Below are positions 28,292-37,707 of a stretch of 64,000 nt of DNA, in pieces; position 1 is the stretch's first letter; every line of letters starts with the position of its first letter. Source of the DNA: a bacterium (lineage in GTDB: Bacteria; SAR324; XYD2-FULL-50-16); contig JAVVEA010000017.1 in the NCBI GenBank assembly GCA_032250835.1, forward strand, positions 9,556-73,555, read 5' to 3'. The position numbers and the translations under genes were made by a program. A model generated the notes under the pieces. It saw only the letters and a list, made by a program, of their open reading frames with translations. It was not told where the DNA came from and made no database searches.

Positions 28292-28927
28292 TTAGAATTT
28301 TCGTTTAAGCTTACCTGAAACCAACTTGACCCCCATTCCCCCGCACGAGGGAGGAATGCGTACATTTACATATTCACCAGTTAAGACCCTTGACGATTCA
28401 TCTTGGACAACCTCTAAAACATTAAACCCTCTGTGCATATCTAATGACCCCTTCACTCCCCCGCCCGAATTTACATACTGAAAGGACACCTCGAAATTGC
28501 CATTTTTCTTTCTATAGACTGTTGCCTCTTCACTGGTTGAGGCAGTTGGCTCCGTCCCATCATCCTTCTCGAACCAGCAACACACAGATAAACTTGAGGC
28601 CGATTGTTCGATTTCCAGAGTACATCTCTTCGGAATCCCTTGTTCGGAAGTAGGCTCAATACGCCCTTCATACCGACCCGATATATTGGGAACTTCAACC
28701 AAAACATTAAACACCGGTATTTTCCATAACCAGCTTTCGTACAACCAAAACAATAGCGTAATTACGGTAATGTCCGTTATAAACATGAAGTCATGGGTGT
28801 CAAATCCAAACTTTTCTTGAATGACCTTAGCTAGTGCTGGCCGCATCAACTGCAGCAAGTAGGCGAGACCTAGGATTGCAAGAATGAGCGGTGTAAATTT
28901 GTAGTTTCCTAGCTTGGGAGGGGTCAT
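28292..28927 (-). CDS. CBASS effector, 2-TM plus C-terminal beta-rich domain (Cap15-like)
   Basis: It has two N-terminal TM helices and an about 130-aa C-terminal domain. It is the first gene of the operon, as in capV-dncV-cap2-cap3 arrangements. Confidence 0.5.
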   Translation of the reverse strand: MTPPKLGNYKFTPLILAILGLAYLLQLMRPALAKVIQEKFGFDTHDFMFITDITVITLLFWLYESWLWKIPVFNVLVEVPNISGRYEGRIEPTSEQGIPKRCTLEIEQSASSLSVCCWFEKDDGTEPTASTSEEATVYRKKNGNFEVSFQYVNSGGGVKGSLDMHRGFNVLEVVQDESSRVLTGEYVNVRIPPSCGGMGVKLVSGKLKRKF

Positions 28928-29381
28928 ATTTCAATCTTAGATTTCAGTAGAGAGTTATATCATCAACTTGCTAACTAGCGTGTCCCACTAAAAATCCTCA
29001 TCGTCAAGCATATCGAATGATAAAAAGTTAGCCCCTCGCTATAGGTTTTTAAAATCTGTCTTCGATCTATTCAAACTGGTACAGTTCCTGGTACAATAAG
29101 CACATCTCAGAACTGAGATAAATTTATCATATCAGCATATTAGCACATCTGGCGTTCGACTCCTGGCACCTCCACCAAATCACTCGACCGTGGGCCGTAA
29201 CGATTAGGCCCCTTTCGACGGGAGAATATAGGGCCCAGATTTCCTGTATTGACACTCAAGGCCCGTTACAGCCACTTCTTTCTTCTCCCCCACTCACCCC
29301 GCTTTACATTTCTGCCCAAGCCAGCTAGAAGGGTGATTGGAAAGTTAGTTTCCCCCCGATGACGCTGGTCGCGGCATTTGG

Positions 29382-29468
29382 GCCCAGGTGGCGGAATAGG
29401 TAGACGCCCGGGACTTAAAATCCCGTGCCCGCAAGGGCGTGCCGGTTCGATTCCGGCCCTGGGTACCA
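29382..29468 (+). tRNA. tRNA-Leu (anticodon UAA)
   Basis: The acceptor stem is GCCCAGG/CCTGGGT. The anticodon arm is CGGGA-CUUAAAA-UCCCG. It has a long variable arm, the T-arm GCCGG-TTCGATT-CCGGC, and a CCA end. Confidence 0.85.
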
Positions 29469-29528
29469 ATAGCTTTAGCTAAAGTAATCCCAACTTTTTT
29501 TAATGCTCCCACCGGAGGCCCCCAGCTG

Positions 29529-30677
29529 ATGCGCAGTTTTAACGAACGGGCCCAGTTGCTGGGCGAGTCGATTTTTACGACCCTCAGCGCCCAAGCCAAA
29601 GCCGCCGGGGCGATCAATCTTTCCCAGGGCTTTCCGGATTTTGAGGGGCCCCAGTGGGTCCGCGACTTGGCCAAGTCGGCCTTGGACCGGGCCGGAAAAA
29701 ACCAATATGCCCCCGCTTACGGCGCGCCGGGCTTTCTGGCCGCCCTCTCGGCTTCTTACCAAAAGCACTACCACCTGAGCTACGACCCCCAAGGGGAAGT
29801 ATTGGTCACCAATGGGGCCACCGAGGCGCTCTACTGCGCGCTGACGGCGTTGCTGAACCCCGGCGACGAGGTGGTGGTCTTTGAGCCCTATTACGACTCT
29901 TACCTCGCTTCGGTCCAACTAGCCGGGGCCCGGCTCAAACCGGTGACGCTGAACCTGCCTGATTTGAGCTTTGATTTAGAAGACCTGCGGGCCCAGGTCA
30001 GCGAAAAGACCAAGCTGCTGGTCCTCAACAACCCGCACAACCCCACCGGAAAAGTCTTCAGCCCCGAGGAGCTGGAAGCCATCGCCCAATTGGCGGTGGA
30101 GTTTGACCTTTGGGTGCTTTCGGACGAAGTATACGAGTTCTTGACCTTCGAGGCTCCCCACCAACCTATTGCCCAGCTACCGGGCATGCGGGAACGGACC
30201 TTAACCATCTCTTCGGTGGGCAAGACCCTGAGCCTGACGGGCTGGAAGATCGGCTGGGTCTGCGGGCCCCGTGAATTGATTGCCGAAGTAAACCGCATCC
30301 ACCAGTACGTAAGCTTCTGCGTCGCCCACCCGCTGCAAGAAGCGCTAGCCGAGGCTTGGCCCCAGATGGACGGCTACCTAGCCGAATTCCGCGCCACCTA
30401 CCTAAACCGACGCAACCTCTTAGTCTCCGGGCTCAAGGACTGCGGCCTAGAGGTCTTATCGCCCCAGGGCACCTACTTTGCGCTGGCCCGCACGCCCGAA
30501 GGCACCGACGACCTTAACTATTGCCAAGAGCTGATCACCCTTAAAAAAGTGGCCACCATCCCCCTTTCGCCCTTTTATGGCCGCAGCGACCAGGGCCGCC
30601 GTTGGGTCCGCTTCTGCTTCGCCAAGCGCGAAGAAACACTGCTCAACGCTTTGGTCAACCTTAGGGGCCCGGCATGA
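29529..30677 (+). CDS. Class I/II PLP-dependent aminotransferase (probable methionine-salvage transaminase)
   Basis: It has an aminotransferase fold with the lysine motif SVGKT. The start is reassigned to MRSFNE so that it no longer overlaps the tRNA. Confidence 0.7.
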   Translation: MRSFNERAQLLGESIFTTLSAQAKAAGAINLSQGFPDFEGPQWVRDLAKSALDRAGKNQYAPAYGAPGFLAALSASYQKHYHLSYDPQGEVLVTNGATEALYCALTALLNPGDEVVVFEPYYDSYLASVQLAGARLKPVTLNLPDLSFDLEDLRAQVSEKTKLLVLNNPHNPTGKVFSPEELEAIAQLAVEFDLWVLSDEVYEFLTFEAPHQPIAQLPGMRERTLTISSVGKTLSLTGWKIGWVCGPRELIAEVNRIHQYVSFCVAHPLQEALAEAWPQMDGYLAEFRATYLNRRNLLVSGLKDCGLEVLSPQGTYFALARTPEGTDDLNYCQELITLKKVATIPLSPFYGRSDQGRRWVRFCFAKREETLLNALVNLRGPA

Positions 30678-31306
30678 TCACCCCACCCAAACAAGAGGCC
30701 GAAGCGCTGGCCGCTTTGGTGCGCCAACTCAACCAAGGGGGCCACAACCCCGCGACCAGCGGCAACTATTCGCTACGCCAGACCGACCAAGCCCCCTGGG
30801 CCTGGATTTCTGAATCAGGCATCGACAAAAGCACCTTTTCCGCCGAGAACCTCTTGCCCGTGGACTGCGCCACCGGCCAGCTGCACCCCGACTTTGCCGG
30901 GCGGCGCTCTAGCGACGAAACGGAATTACATCTGGCCATCTACCGAGCGACCAACGCCGGGGCGGTGCTGCACAGCCACTTTTTAGAAGGCCTGCTCTTT
31001 GCCGACCAATTCCCCGGCCAAGACAATATCCGCTTGGGCGGCCTGGAATTGCTCAAGGGCTTTGCGGGGGTCAAGACCCACGAAGCCGAGGTCCTATTGC
31101 CCTGTTTCGAAAATTCCCAAGATGTGCCTAAACTGGCCGAAGCGGTGACCTTACGCTTAAAAGCGCCGGACGAGCACTTTGGCTTCTTGTTGCGCGGGCA
31201 TGGGCTCTACGTTTGGGGCCGGGACGTAAAGGAAGCGAAGCGGCACCTGGAAGTCTTTGAATACATCATCAAATATTACGTTTTATCTCAGAGGAACCTA
31301 AGATGA
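30674..31306 (+). CDS. mtnB: Methylthioribulose-1-phosphate dehydratase (class II aldolase/adducin family)
   Basis: It carries the class II aldolase motifs HSH...HG and sits in the mtn gene context. Confidence 0.65.
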   Translation: MITPPKQEAEALAALVRQLNQGGHNPATSGNYSLRQTDQAPWAWISESGIDKSTFSAENLLPVDCATGQLHPDFAGRRSSDETELHLAIYRATNAGAVLHSHFLEGLLFADQFPGQDNIRLGGLELLKGFAGVKTHEAEVLLPCFENSQDVPKLAEAVTLRLKAPDEHFGFLLRGHGLYVWGRDVKEAKRHLEVFEYIIKYYVLSQRNLR

Positions 31307-31824
31307 CGCTCTTGACCTTCCCTGATTCGGGTGTCCGGATCGACCAGTTCGAAGCCATCCAGGCTGCTTTAGCCGAGCGCGGCGTGCCCCTTTCGCGTTG
31401 GGAAGCGGCCCAACCGCTCCAAGACGATGACGACCAAGCGACCATCTTGGCGGCCTATGAACACGAGCTTAAGCCCTTCATGTCCGCCGGGGGCTACCAA
31501 AGTTGCGACGTGATCAACGTGCATGCCGAGACGCCCAACTTGGAGACGATCCGCGAAAAGTTCTTGAGCGAGCATACCCACAGCGAAGACGAGGTCCGCT
31601 TCTTTGTAGACGGTCAGGGGGAATTTTGGTTCCACTTTGAAGACGGTGTGGTGGCTAGCCTGATGTGCCAGCGCGGTGATTTTTTATCGGTGCCCAAGGG
31701 GACCAAACACTGGTTTGAGCTGGCCCCGGCTTACCACGTTAAGGCCATCCGCATCTTCACCAACCCAGACGGCTGGGTGGCGCAGTACACCGATTCCGGA
31801 ACGGACCTGAGGTACCGGCAGTGA
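31303..31824 (+). CDS. mtnD: Acireductone dioxygenase (ARD, cupin)
   Basis: It has the ARD cupin motifs HxH...E...H and is 173 aa. Confidence 0.7.
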   Translation: MTLLTFPDSGVRIDQFEAIQAALAERGVPLSRWEAAQPLQDDDDQATILAAYEHELKPFMSAGGYQSCDVINVHAETPNLETIREKFLSEHTHSEDEVRFFVDGQGEFWFHFEDGVVASLMCQRGDFLSVPKGTKHWFELAPAYHVKAIRIFTNPDGWVAQYTDSGTDLRYRQ

Positions 31825-32483
31825 AGGTGATCCTTTTAGACATCGAGGGGACCACCACGGACATAAACTTTGTCCACCAGGAGTTGTTCCCCTACGCCGC
31901 CCAGCGGATGGGCCCGTTCTTGAGCGAACAAGCAGAAACCCCCGCAGTAGCCCAAGCGCTAGCCCAGGTGGCTGAAGAAACCGGGGCCCAGGGCCTTGAA
32001 GCCTTGACCCAGGTCCTCTTGGACTGGACCCAACAAGACCGCAAGGCCGGGCCCTTAAAGCAGTTGCAGGGTCTGATCTGGGAGCAAGGCTACCAAAAGG
32101 GTGAACTGAAGGGCCATGTCTACGCTGATGTCCGGCCCGCCTTTGAGCGCTGGAGTGCCCAAGGCTTGAGGCTGGCTATCTATTCTTCGGGCTCTGTGCT
32201 GGCCCAAAAGTTGATCTTCGGCCACTCGAGCGCCGGGGACCTCTGCCCCTACCTCTCGGCCTACTTTGACACCGCCGTGGGCGGCAAGAAAGAGGCGGCC
32301 TCTTATACCCAAATCGCTTTGCAGTTAAACCAGCCCCCAGCGGAGATCCTCTTCCTCTCGGACATCCCCGCCGAACTGGCTGCCGCCCAAGCAGCAGGCC
32401 TGCAAGTCACCGAACTCCGGCGCGACGGGGCCGAGCCCGACGGAGCATACCCCTGGGCGGCAGATTTTACGGGATTGGGCTAG
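31821..32483 (+). CDS. mtnC: Enolase-phosphatase E1 (HAD superfamily)
   Basis: It carries the HAD motif I LLDIEGTTT. Confidence 0.7.
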   Translation: MKVILLDIEGTTTDINFVHQELFPYAAQRMGPFLSEQAETPAVAQALAQVAEETGAQGLEALTQVLLDWTQQDRKAGPLKQLQGLIWEQGYQKGELKGHVYADVRPAFERWSAQGLRLAIYSSGSVLAQKLIFGHSSAGDLCPYLSAYFDTAVGGKKEAASYTQIALQLNQPPAEILFLSDIPAELAAAQAAGLQVTELRRDGAEPDGAYPWAADFTGLG

Positions 32484-32566
32484 CCGGTCCCGCCTCCTTT
32501 CGGGGCTTGACCCAACCTCAAGGGCCCTTTAGATTTCTCTAAGTAACCCCTAACTTAGAAAAAAAA

Positions 32567-33175
32567 ATGCGGCGCGCTGAGTTTAAGATTGAAGACCCCC
32601 AATTAATTCAGGAATTTTTGGACCAGGCCGAAAGCCTACATCTAGGGACCCTGGACGCCTCGGGGGCACCTTACGTGACGGCGGTGAATTTTGTTTCTTT
32701 TGGAGGGGACCTTTATTTCCATTCGGGACCGGCGGGGACCAAGATGGCCAACCTACGGCGCGACGCCCGGGTGTTTTTAAGTCTCGCCGAAGAATTTGCC
32801 TTCATCCCCTCTTACGCCACCCAGGACGAAGAAGCCTGTGCGGCAACCCAGTTTTTTCGCTCGGTGCACCTCAAGGGATTGGCCGAAGAGGTGGCCGATT
32901 TAGCGCAGAAGGCTCAGGTCCTCAGCGCCTTGATGGCCAAGATGCAGCCCGAGGGACGGCACCGACCCCTGCTTAGCGACGATCCCTTTTACCAAAAGGC
33001 TTTAAAGGGGACCGCCTTGGTTAAGGTGGTGGCCCAAGAGGTGAGTGCAAAATTCAAGTTCGGTCAGCACCTAAACCCCGAAACTCGCGCGCGGCTGATC
33101 AAATCTTTAGAAAGCTCCAAAGACCGCCGGGCACAATCCACCCTAGCTTGGATGCGGGCGTTGCCGGGGCGTTAA
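32567..33175 (+). CDS. Pyridoxamine-5'-phosphate-oxidase-like FMN-binding split-barrel protein
   Basis: It has a PNPOx-like N-terminal fold pattern. Confidence 0.5.
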   Translation: MRRAEFKIEDPQLIQEFLDQAESLHLGTLDASGAPYVTAVNFVSFGGDLYFHSGPAGTKMANLRRDARVFLSLAEEFAFIPSYATQDEEACAATQFFRSVHLKGLAEEVADLAQKAQVLSALMAKMQPEGRHRPLLSDDPFYQKALKGTALVKVVAQEVSAKFKFGQHLNPETRARLIKSLESSKDRRAQSTLAWMRALPGR

Positions 33176-33232
33176 AGACTGGCCAGAGCGGGGGACTTTT
33201 GGTATCTTTTAGGTAACCTAATAAAGGAACTC

Positions 33233-33898
33233 ATGCCAACTATCCTCCTGCTCTTTTTTGTTTTTGTTACCGGATTTTCCAGTAACGCCCAAGCACAGTT
33301 GAACTTAGACCAACTCGGCCCCGAGGGCGTCGATCTGTCCAAGGTGGTCATCAACAAAGAACTATTTTTGGATTTTGTGGGCCGGGAGGTAGCGCAGAAA
33401 AAACCGGGCTTGGGCACCTATGGTAAGGTGGAGTTGGATCTTTGTAGTTTCCCGGTGAACGGGCGGCCCTTAAAAGAACTCAAGACCCTGCAAGGCAAAT
33501 CGATCCGGCTCTTTTCAAACCCCTCTTGTGAGCAGTGGGTTTTGCGCCAGTTGTTGGACCGTTCTTACGGTTTTTCGGACCAGCCCCTGTCTACCTATCA
33601 AATGCGCCGCTGCATCTCCGAGACCACCAAGGCCTTCAGCCCGATGATGGAGTATTACACGGTACTTTACGAAGTGCCGGTCTTAAGCGACTGCGCCTTT
33701 TGTGAGATACAAAAAAAGCGGCGGCTCAGCCAGATTCAAGATGCAAACGAGAAGGTAAAAAGCTACTGCGAGGAAGCGGTACCAGAGGTCCAGCGTTTTT
33801 TGCAGGACCTTTCAGGCCGCCTCGACCAAGCCTTTAAGCTCAAGGCCGAGGGGCTGAAAGCTCAGGCCGATCTAAAAGACGTAACCGACCTTAAATAA
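33233..33898 (+). CDS. Hypothetical secreted protein
   Basis: It has a signal peptide ending in AQA. Confidence 0.45.
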   Translation: MPTILLLFFVFVTGFSSNAQAQLNLDQLGPEGVDLSKVVINKELFLDFVGREVAQKKPGLGTYGKVELDLCSFPVNGRPLKELKTLQGKSIRLFSNPSCEQWVLRQLLDRSYGFSDQPLSTYQMRRCISETTKAFSPMMEYYTVLYEVPVLSDCAFCEIQKKRRLSQIQDANEKVKSYCEEAVPEVQRFLQDLSGRLDQAFKLKAEGLKAQADLKDVTDLK

Positions 33899-34423
33899 GA
33901 TGCGGTTGTTGTTAACGTTGGTGCGGTCCACTTCTTGGGTGAACTGCTCGCGGTACTCCAAACCAGCCTGGATCGGACCAGAGCGGTACGAAGCACTGCC
34001 GCCGACGGCCAAAGCCAAATAGCTGTTAGAGTTGCCACCGGTCACGCTGGTTTGCACCAAGCCCAAGCCCGGACCGAAGCCCGCAAAGAACCCATCGGAC
34101 AACTCGGTCATCCAGTGGGGGTTCAGCTCGATGTTGGTGATCTTCACGTTATTTTTGTCGTAGGTAGTGTAGCTAACTTGCTGGCGTACCTGTCCCTTAG
34201 AAGGCTGGAACAAGGGGCAGTCTAAAGAAAGTTCGACACCGACCACTGAGCCGCCGTCTCCTTCTTTCGGGTTCATGCTACCACCGACCAACGAAAGTAC
34301 AGGGTTGGCTTGGTAGCTGGAATCGACCACCGGGAACAACTGGTTGCCCGAAGCGCTTGTTTCGGCAAAAGCACCGGTAGCAGCCAGGATTCCCGCAAGG
34401 GTCATCACGATCTTTTTGGTCAT
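33872..34423 (-). CDS. Small outer-membrane beta-barrel protein (OmpW/OmpA-like porin family)
   Basis: It has a signal peptide, alternating-hydrophobic beta strands and a C-terminal Phe. Confidence 0.55.
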   Translation of the reverse strand: MTKKIVMTLAGILAATGAFAETSASGNQLFPVVDSSYQANPVLSLVGGSMNPKEGDGGSVVGVELSLDCPLFQPSKGQVRQQVSYTTYDKNNVKITNIELNPHWMTELSDGFFAGFGPGLGLVQTSVTGGNSNSYLALAVGGSASYRSGPIQAGLEYREQFTQEVDRTNVNNNRILFKVGYVF

Positions 34424-34521
34424 ATTTCCTTCCAAGGAGATTGGTTGTTGTATTCGAATAATCGAATATTTTGACTTTAGACCTTTGTTTAATTACTGTA
34501 AAGGGCCCCGGTAAAGCGGCT

Positions 34522-35253
34522 ATGAGCATACATTCCCACTACCAAGAATTTCTTGGCCCACACTACGACTGGATCCAAGGCGGCTTCGAGGCGCTAGCGG
34601 CCCGGAGTGCCCAGCTTTTTGAAGAGATTGAGCTTCCGCCCGGTGGCGGCCAAGTCGCTCTGGATCTAGGTTGCGGCACCGGGGCTCAGGCGTTGGCCTT
34701 GGCCCGGCGGGGTTACCGGGTCCGGGCTTTGGACCTCTCTGCGGCTATGTTGAGCCAGCTAGAGGCGCGCAAAGCTCAGCTCGCCGTTGAGTGTTTTGAA
34801 GCCGACATGATGGACCTGGACCGCTATGCCCCCGAAGAGGGGGCCACCTTGATCAGTTGTTTGGGAGACAGCCTGTTGCATTTACCTAATCTGGTGGCGG
34901 TCAAGTCACTTTTAAGCTTGGCGGCAAAACATTTAGCCCCCGGCGGTTCGCTGTTACTGGGCTGGCGCGAGAACGAAAAAAACCTGGAAGGGACAGCGCG
35001 GGTTTTCCCACTGGCTCAAGATGAAGAACGGATTTTCACCAGCTTTTTGGAGTTTGAGACCGAACGGCTTTGGGTTAATGACCTGCTTTACCGCAAAGTC
35101 GAAGGCCGCTGGGAGTTGGAGGTGAGGCGCTACCCTAAGGTACGGTTAAAAAGCCGGTGGGTAGAGGCTAGCCTAGAACGTTTTGGGCTAAGAATAGAGC
35201 GCGCCGAAACCCAACGAGGGTTTCGGTTGCTGTGGGCGGTTCAGCGCGGCTAG
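34522..35253 (+). CDS. Class I SAM-dependent methyltransferase
   Basis: It carries motif I LDLGCGTG. Confidence 0.7.
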   Translation: MSIHSHYQEFLGPHYDWIQGGFEALAARSAQLFEEIELPPGGGQVALDLGCGTGAQALALARRGYRVRALDLSAAMLSQLEARKAQLAVECFEADMMDLDRYAPEEGATLISCLGDSLLHLPNLVAVKSLLSLAAKHLAPGGSLLLGWRENEKNLEGTARVFPLAQDEERIFTSFLEFETERLWVNDLLYRKVEGRWELEVRRYPKVRLKSRWVEASLERFGLRIERAETQRGFRLLWAVQRG

Positions 35254-35348
35254 AGTGGCTAAACCCCTTTGATTTTCCTGAATTTCTTGAATTATCCCCC
35301 AAATTACTTTAGAGTGTTTCCCTTTAGGACACCCTGACTTTCTGGATC

Positions 35349-35921
35349 ATGACAAAGTCGATTTCTGGCCTGATGGGGCTGATTTACGAGGTAGAGGAGT
35401 TAGATCGGTTGACGACTTGCAGCGGCGACTGGGACCGGTTTGCTCAGGAAAACGGCTGGTTCAGTGGCTCCTGGGGCAACCTAACATCCAGCACCCTCTG
35501 GGACCACATCACCGATCTGACTACCCAGAAATTATACCGGCGCCTGATGGCCCAGGTACGCCAAGAAAATAAAGAACTCACCTTTGATTTACGCTGCGAT
35601 TCCCCTTGGCTACAGCGCTACCTGCGGATGACCTTAGAGCCCGGCTCGGGCACCGACTGGGTGCGGTTTTGTTCGCGGCCCGTCCGCCTACAACCGCACA
35701 ACCTCCCCTACCGGTTCAACTTCCTCAAAGAGCCACAGCCCGGCGCACACAGCTTTTGCTCTTTCTGCAACCAAGTAGAGTTTGGAGGCCTTTGGAAACA
35801 GATAAGTAACCCCACCAGCCGCCTAAAAGTCCCCCAAAGCAGTTTAACTTTAGTCGCACAGACTTGCCCCAGCTGCGCCCAGCGGTTGGGGGTTTTAGTC
35901 GGCCAACCGCCCCCGCTTTAA
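35349..35921 (+). CDS. Hypothetical protein
   Basis: It is a 190-aa ORF with no recognised motifs. Confidence 0.35.
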   Translation: MTKSISGLMGLIYEVEELDRLTTCSGDWDRFAQENGWFSGSWGNLTSSTLWDHITDLTTQKLYRRLMAQVRQENKELTFDLRCDSPWLQRYLRMTLEPGSGTDWVRFCSRPVRLQPHNLPYRFNFLKEPQPGAHSFCSFCNQVEFGGLWKQISNPTSRLKVPQSSLTLVAQTCPSCAQRLGVLVGQPPPL

Positions 35922-37591
35922 GCGCTAGGCGGAGCGGGGCGCAAGGCACGGCGCAGAATCTTACCCACGTTGGTCTTGGGTAATTCATCGATAAATTCGA
36001 TCTGCTTGGGCCGTTTGTAACCCGTTAAGTTCTTGCGGCAATAGTCCATTACCTCCGCTTCGGTTAACTTGGGGTCCTTTTTGACCACAAAAATTTTGAC
36101 CACTTCGCCGGATTTTTCGTCCGGCACCCCGATGGCCGCCAGTTCCAAAATCCCCTCGTGTAGGCTGATCACATCTTCAATTTCGTTCGGGTAGACGTTA
36201 AAGCCCGAGACCAAGATCATGTCTTTCTTGCGGTCGATCAAGCGCACAAAACCCCGCTCGTCCATAATCGCCACATCGCCCGTTTTCAGCCAGCCATCGG
36301 GGCTGAAAAGCCGCTCGGTCTCTTCGGGCTTTTGCCAGTAGCCTTGGGTTACCTGCGGCCCCTTGATCCCTAATTCACCGGGCTGCCCCAAGGCGACGGG
36401 CTGGTCGGACTCGTCTAAAATCGCCACCAAGGTGCTGCTGATCGGCAGGCCAATAGCGCCATTGTATTCGGGCAAGTTGGTCGGGTTGATGCATGCCGCC
36501 GGGCTGGTTTCGGTCAGGCCGTAGGCCTCTAACAAGACATGCCCGGTCGTTTCTGCCCAGCGCTGGGCAACCCCACGAGTCACCGCCATGCCCCCGGCCA
36601 GACTGATCTTCAGGTGGCTAAAATCCAGGTTTTTAAATTCAGGATGGTTCAGCAGGGCCAAATAAAGAGTGTTCACCCCGGTGATAAAGGTCCATTTCCA
36701 CTGCTTCAATTCTTTGATAAAGGCGGGGATGTCCCTTGGGTTGGTGATCAAAACATTCAACCCGCCTAACTTGGTCATAAACAGGCAGTTCGCCGTCAGA
36801 CTGAAGATATGGTACAAAGGCAGCGGCGCAAAGGCGATCTCCTCGCCCATTTCAAAGGTTCCCCCTATCCAAGATTCGGCCTGAAGTACGTTGGCCACCA
36901 TGTTGCGGTGGGTCAAGACCGCACCTTTAGAAACGCCCGTCGTCCCGCCGGTGTACTGCAAAAAGGCAATGTCGCCGGACTCCACCTTGACGTCCGGCAG
37001 ACTCAATCCTTTACCGCGCTCTAATGCATCCAGCAGAGGCTCTGAACCGGGGATTTCAAATTCAGGCACCATACGTTTGACGTACTTGACCACAAAGTTA
37101 ACCAGCGGCTTTTTGAAGCCATGCAACAGGTCTCCAAGTTGGGTCACCAACACCTTCTCAACGGCGGTGATCCCTTCCATCGCCTCAAAGGTATGGGCAA
37201 AGTTGGCCAAGATGACCAAAACTTTTGAACCCGAATCCTTGAGCTGGTATTCTAATTCCCTAGGCGTATAAAGGGGGTTCACGTTCACCGCAATCAACCC
37301 GGCCCGCAAAATCCCGTATAACACTACGGGATATTGGAGCACGTTGGGCATCATGACCGCCACCCGGTCGCCTTTGGTCAGATTCAAAGTGCCTAAAAGA
37401 TACCCCGCGAAAGCTGCCGAAAGCCGGTCTAGCTCTTTAAAGGTGATGGAAGTCCCCATATTATGGAAGGCTGGGCGATCCGAAAAGCGTACAAAACTCT
37501 CTTCGATCATCGCCACCAAGGACGAATAACTGTCAGCGTCGATTTCGGCGGGAACGCCGTCGAGATATTCCTTTAGCCAAGGTTTTTCCAT
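35918..37591 (-). CDS. fadD: Long-chain fatty-acid--CoA ligase (AMP-binding)
   Basis: It has the AMP-binding motif YTGGTTGVSKG and C-terminal ANL motifs. An AAGGAG RBS precedes MEKPW. Confidence 0.8.
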   Translation of the reverse strand: MEKPWLKEYLDGVPAEIDADSYSSLVAMIEESFVRFSDRPAFHNMGTSITFKELDRLSAAFAGYLLGTLNLTKGDRVAVMMPNVLQYPVVLYGILRAGLIAVNVNPLYTPRELEYQLKDSGSKVLVILANFAHTFEAMEGITAVEKVLVTQLGDLLHGFKKPLVNFVVKYVKRMVPEFEIPGSEPLLDALERGKGLSLPDVKVESGDIAFLQYTGGTTGVSKGAVLTHRNMVANVLQAESWIGGTFEMGEEIAFAPLPLYHIFSLTANCLFMTKLGGLNVLITNPRDIPAFIKELKQWKWTFITGVNTLYLALLNHPEFKNLDFSHLKISLAGGMAVTRGVAQRWAETTGHVLLEAYGLTETSPAACINPTNLPEYNGAIGLPISSTLVAILDESDQPVALGQPGELGIKGPQVTQGYWQKPEETERLFSPDGWLKTGDVAIMDERGFVRLIDRKKDMILVSGFNVYPNEIEDVISLHEGILELAAIGVPDEKSGEVVKIFVVKKDPKLTEAEVMDYCRKNLTGYKRPKQIEFIDELPKTNVGKILRRALRPAPPSA

Positions 37592-37707
37592 ATGAGACTC
37601 CTTAGTAGGGCGTAGTGGCACAATAGGCCGGGTGTTGGCCTTTAGAGACTAACAGGAATGGCTTTGATTTTCAAGAAAACAAACGCTTTAGGGCGCAAAG
37701 CGTTAGC

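Larger units (their letters stand above)
24870..29375. other. Low-GC (about 40-45 %) genomic island carrying a CBASS operon, abutting tRNA-Leu
   Basis: GC drops about 15 points relative to the flanks. It contains defence genes only, and no integrase or att repeat is detected. Confidence 0.6.

Noticed and set aside
29148-29178. Sequence GGCGTTCGACTCCTGGCACCTCCACCA resembling a tRNA 3' end (possible att remnant)
   Set aside because: The flanks of the TTCGACT loop are not complementary, so no T-arm can form. It does not match the tRNA-Leu 3' end, so it is not a direct repeat of the adjacent tRNA.
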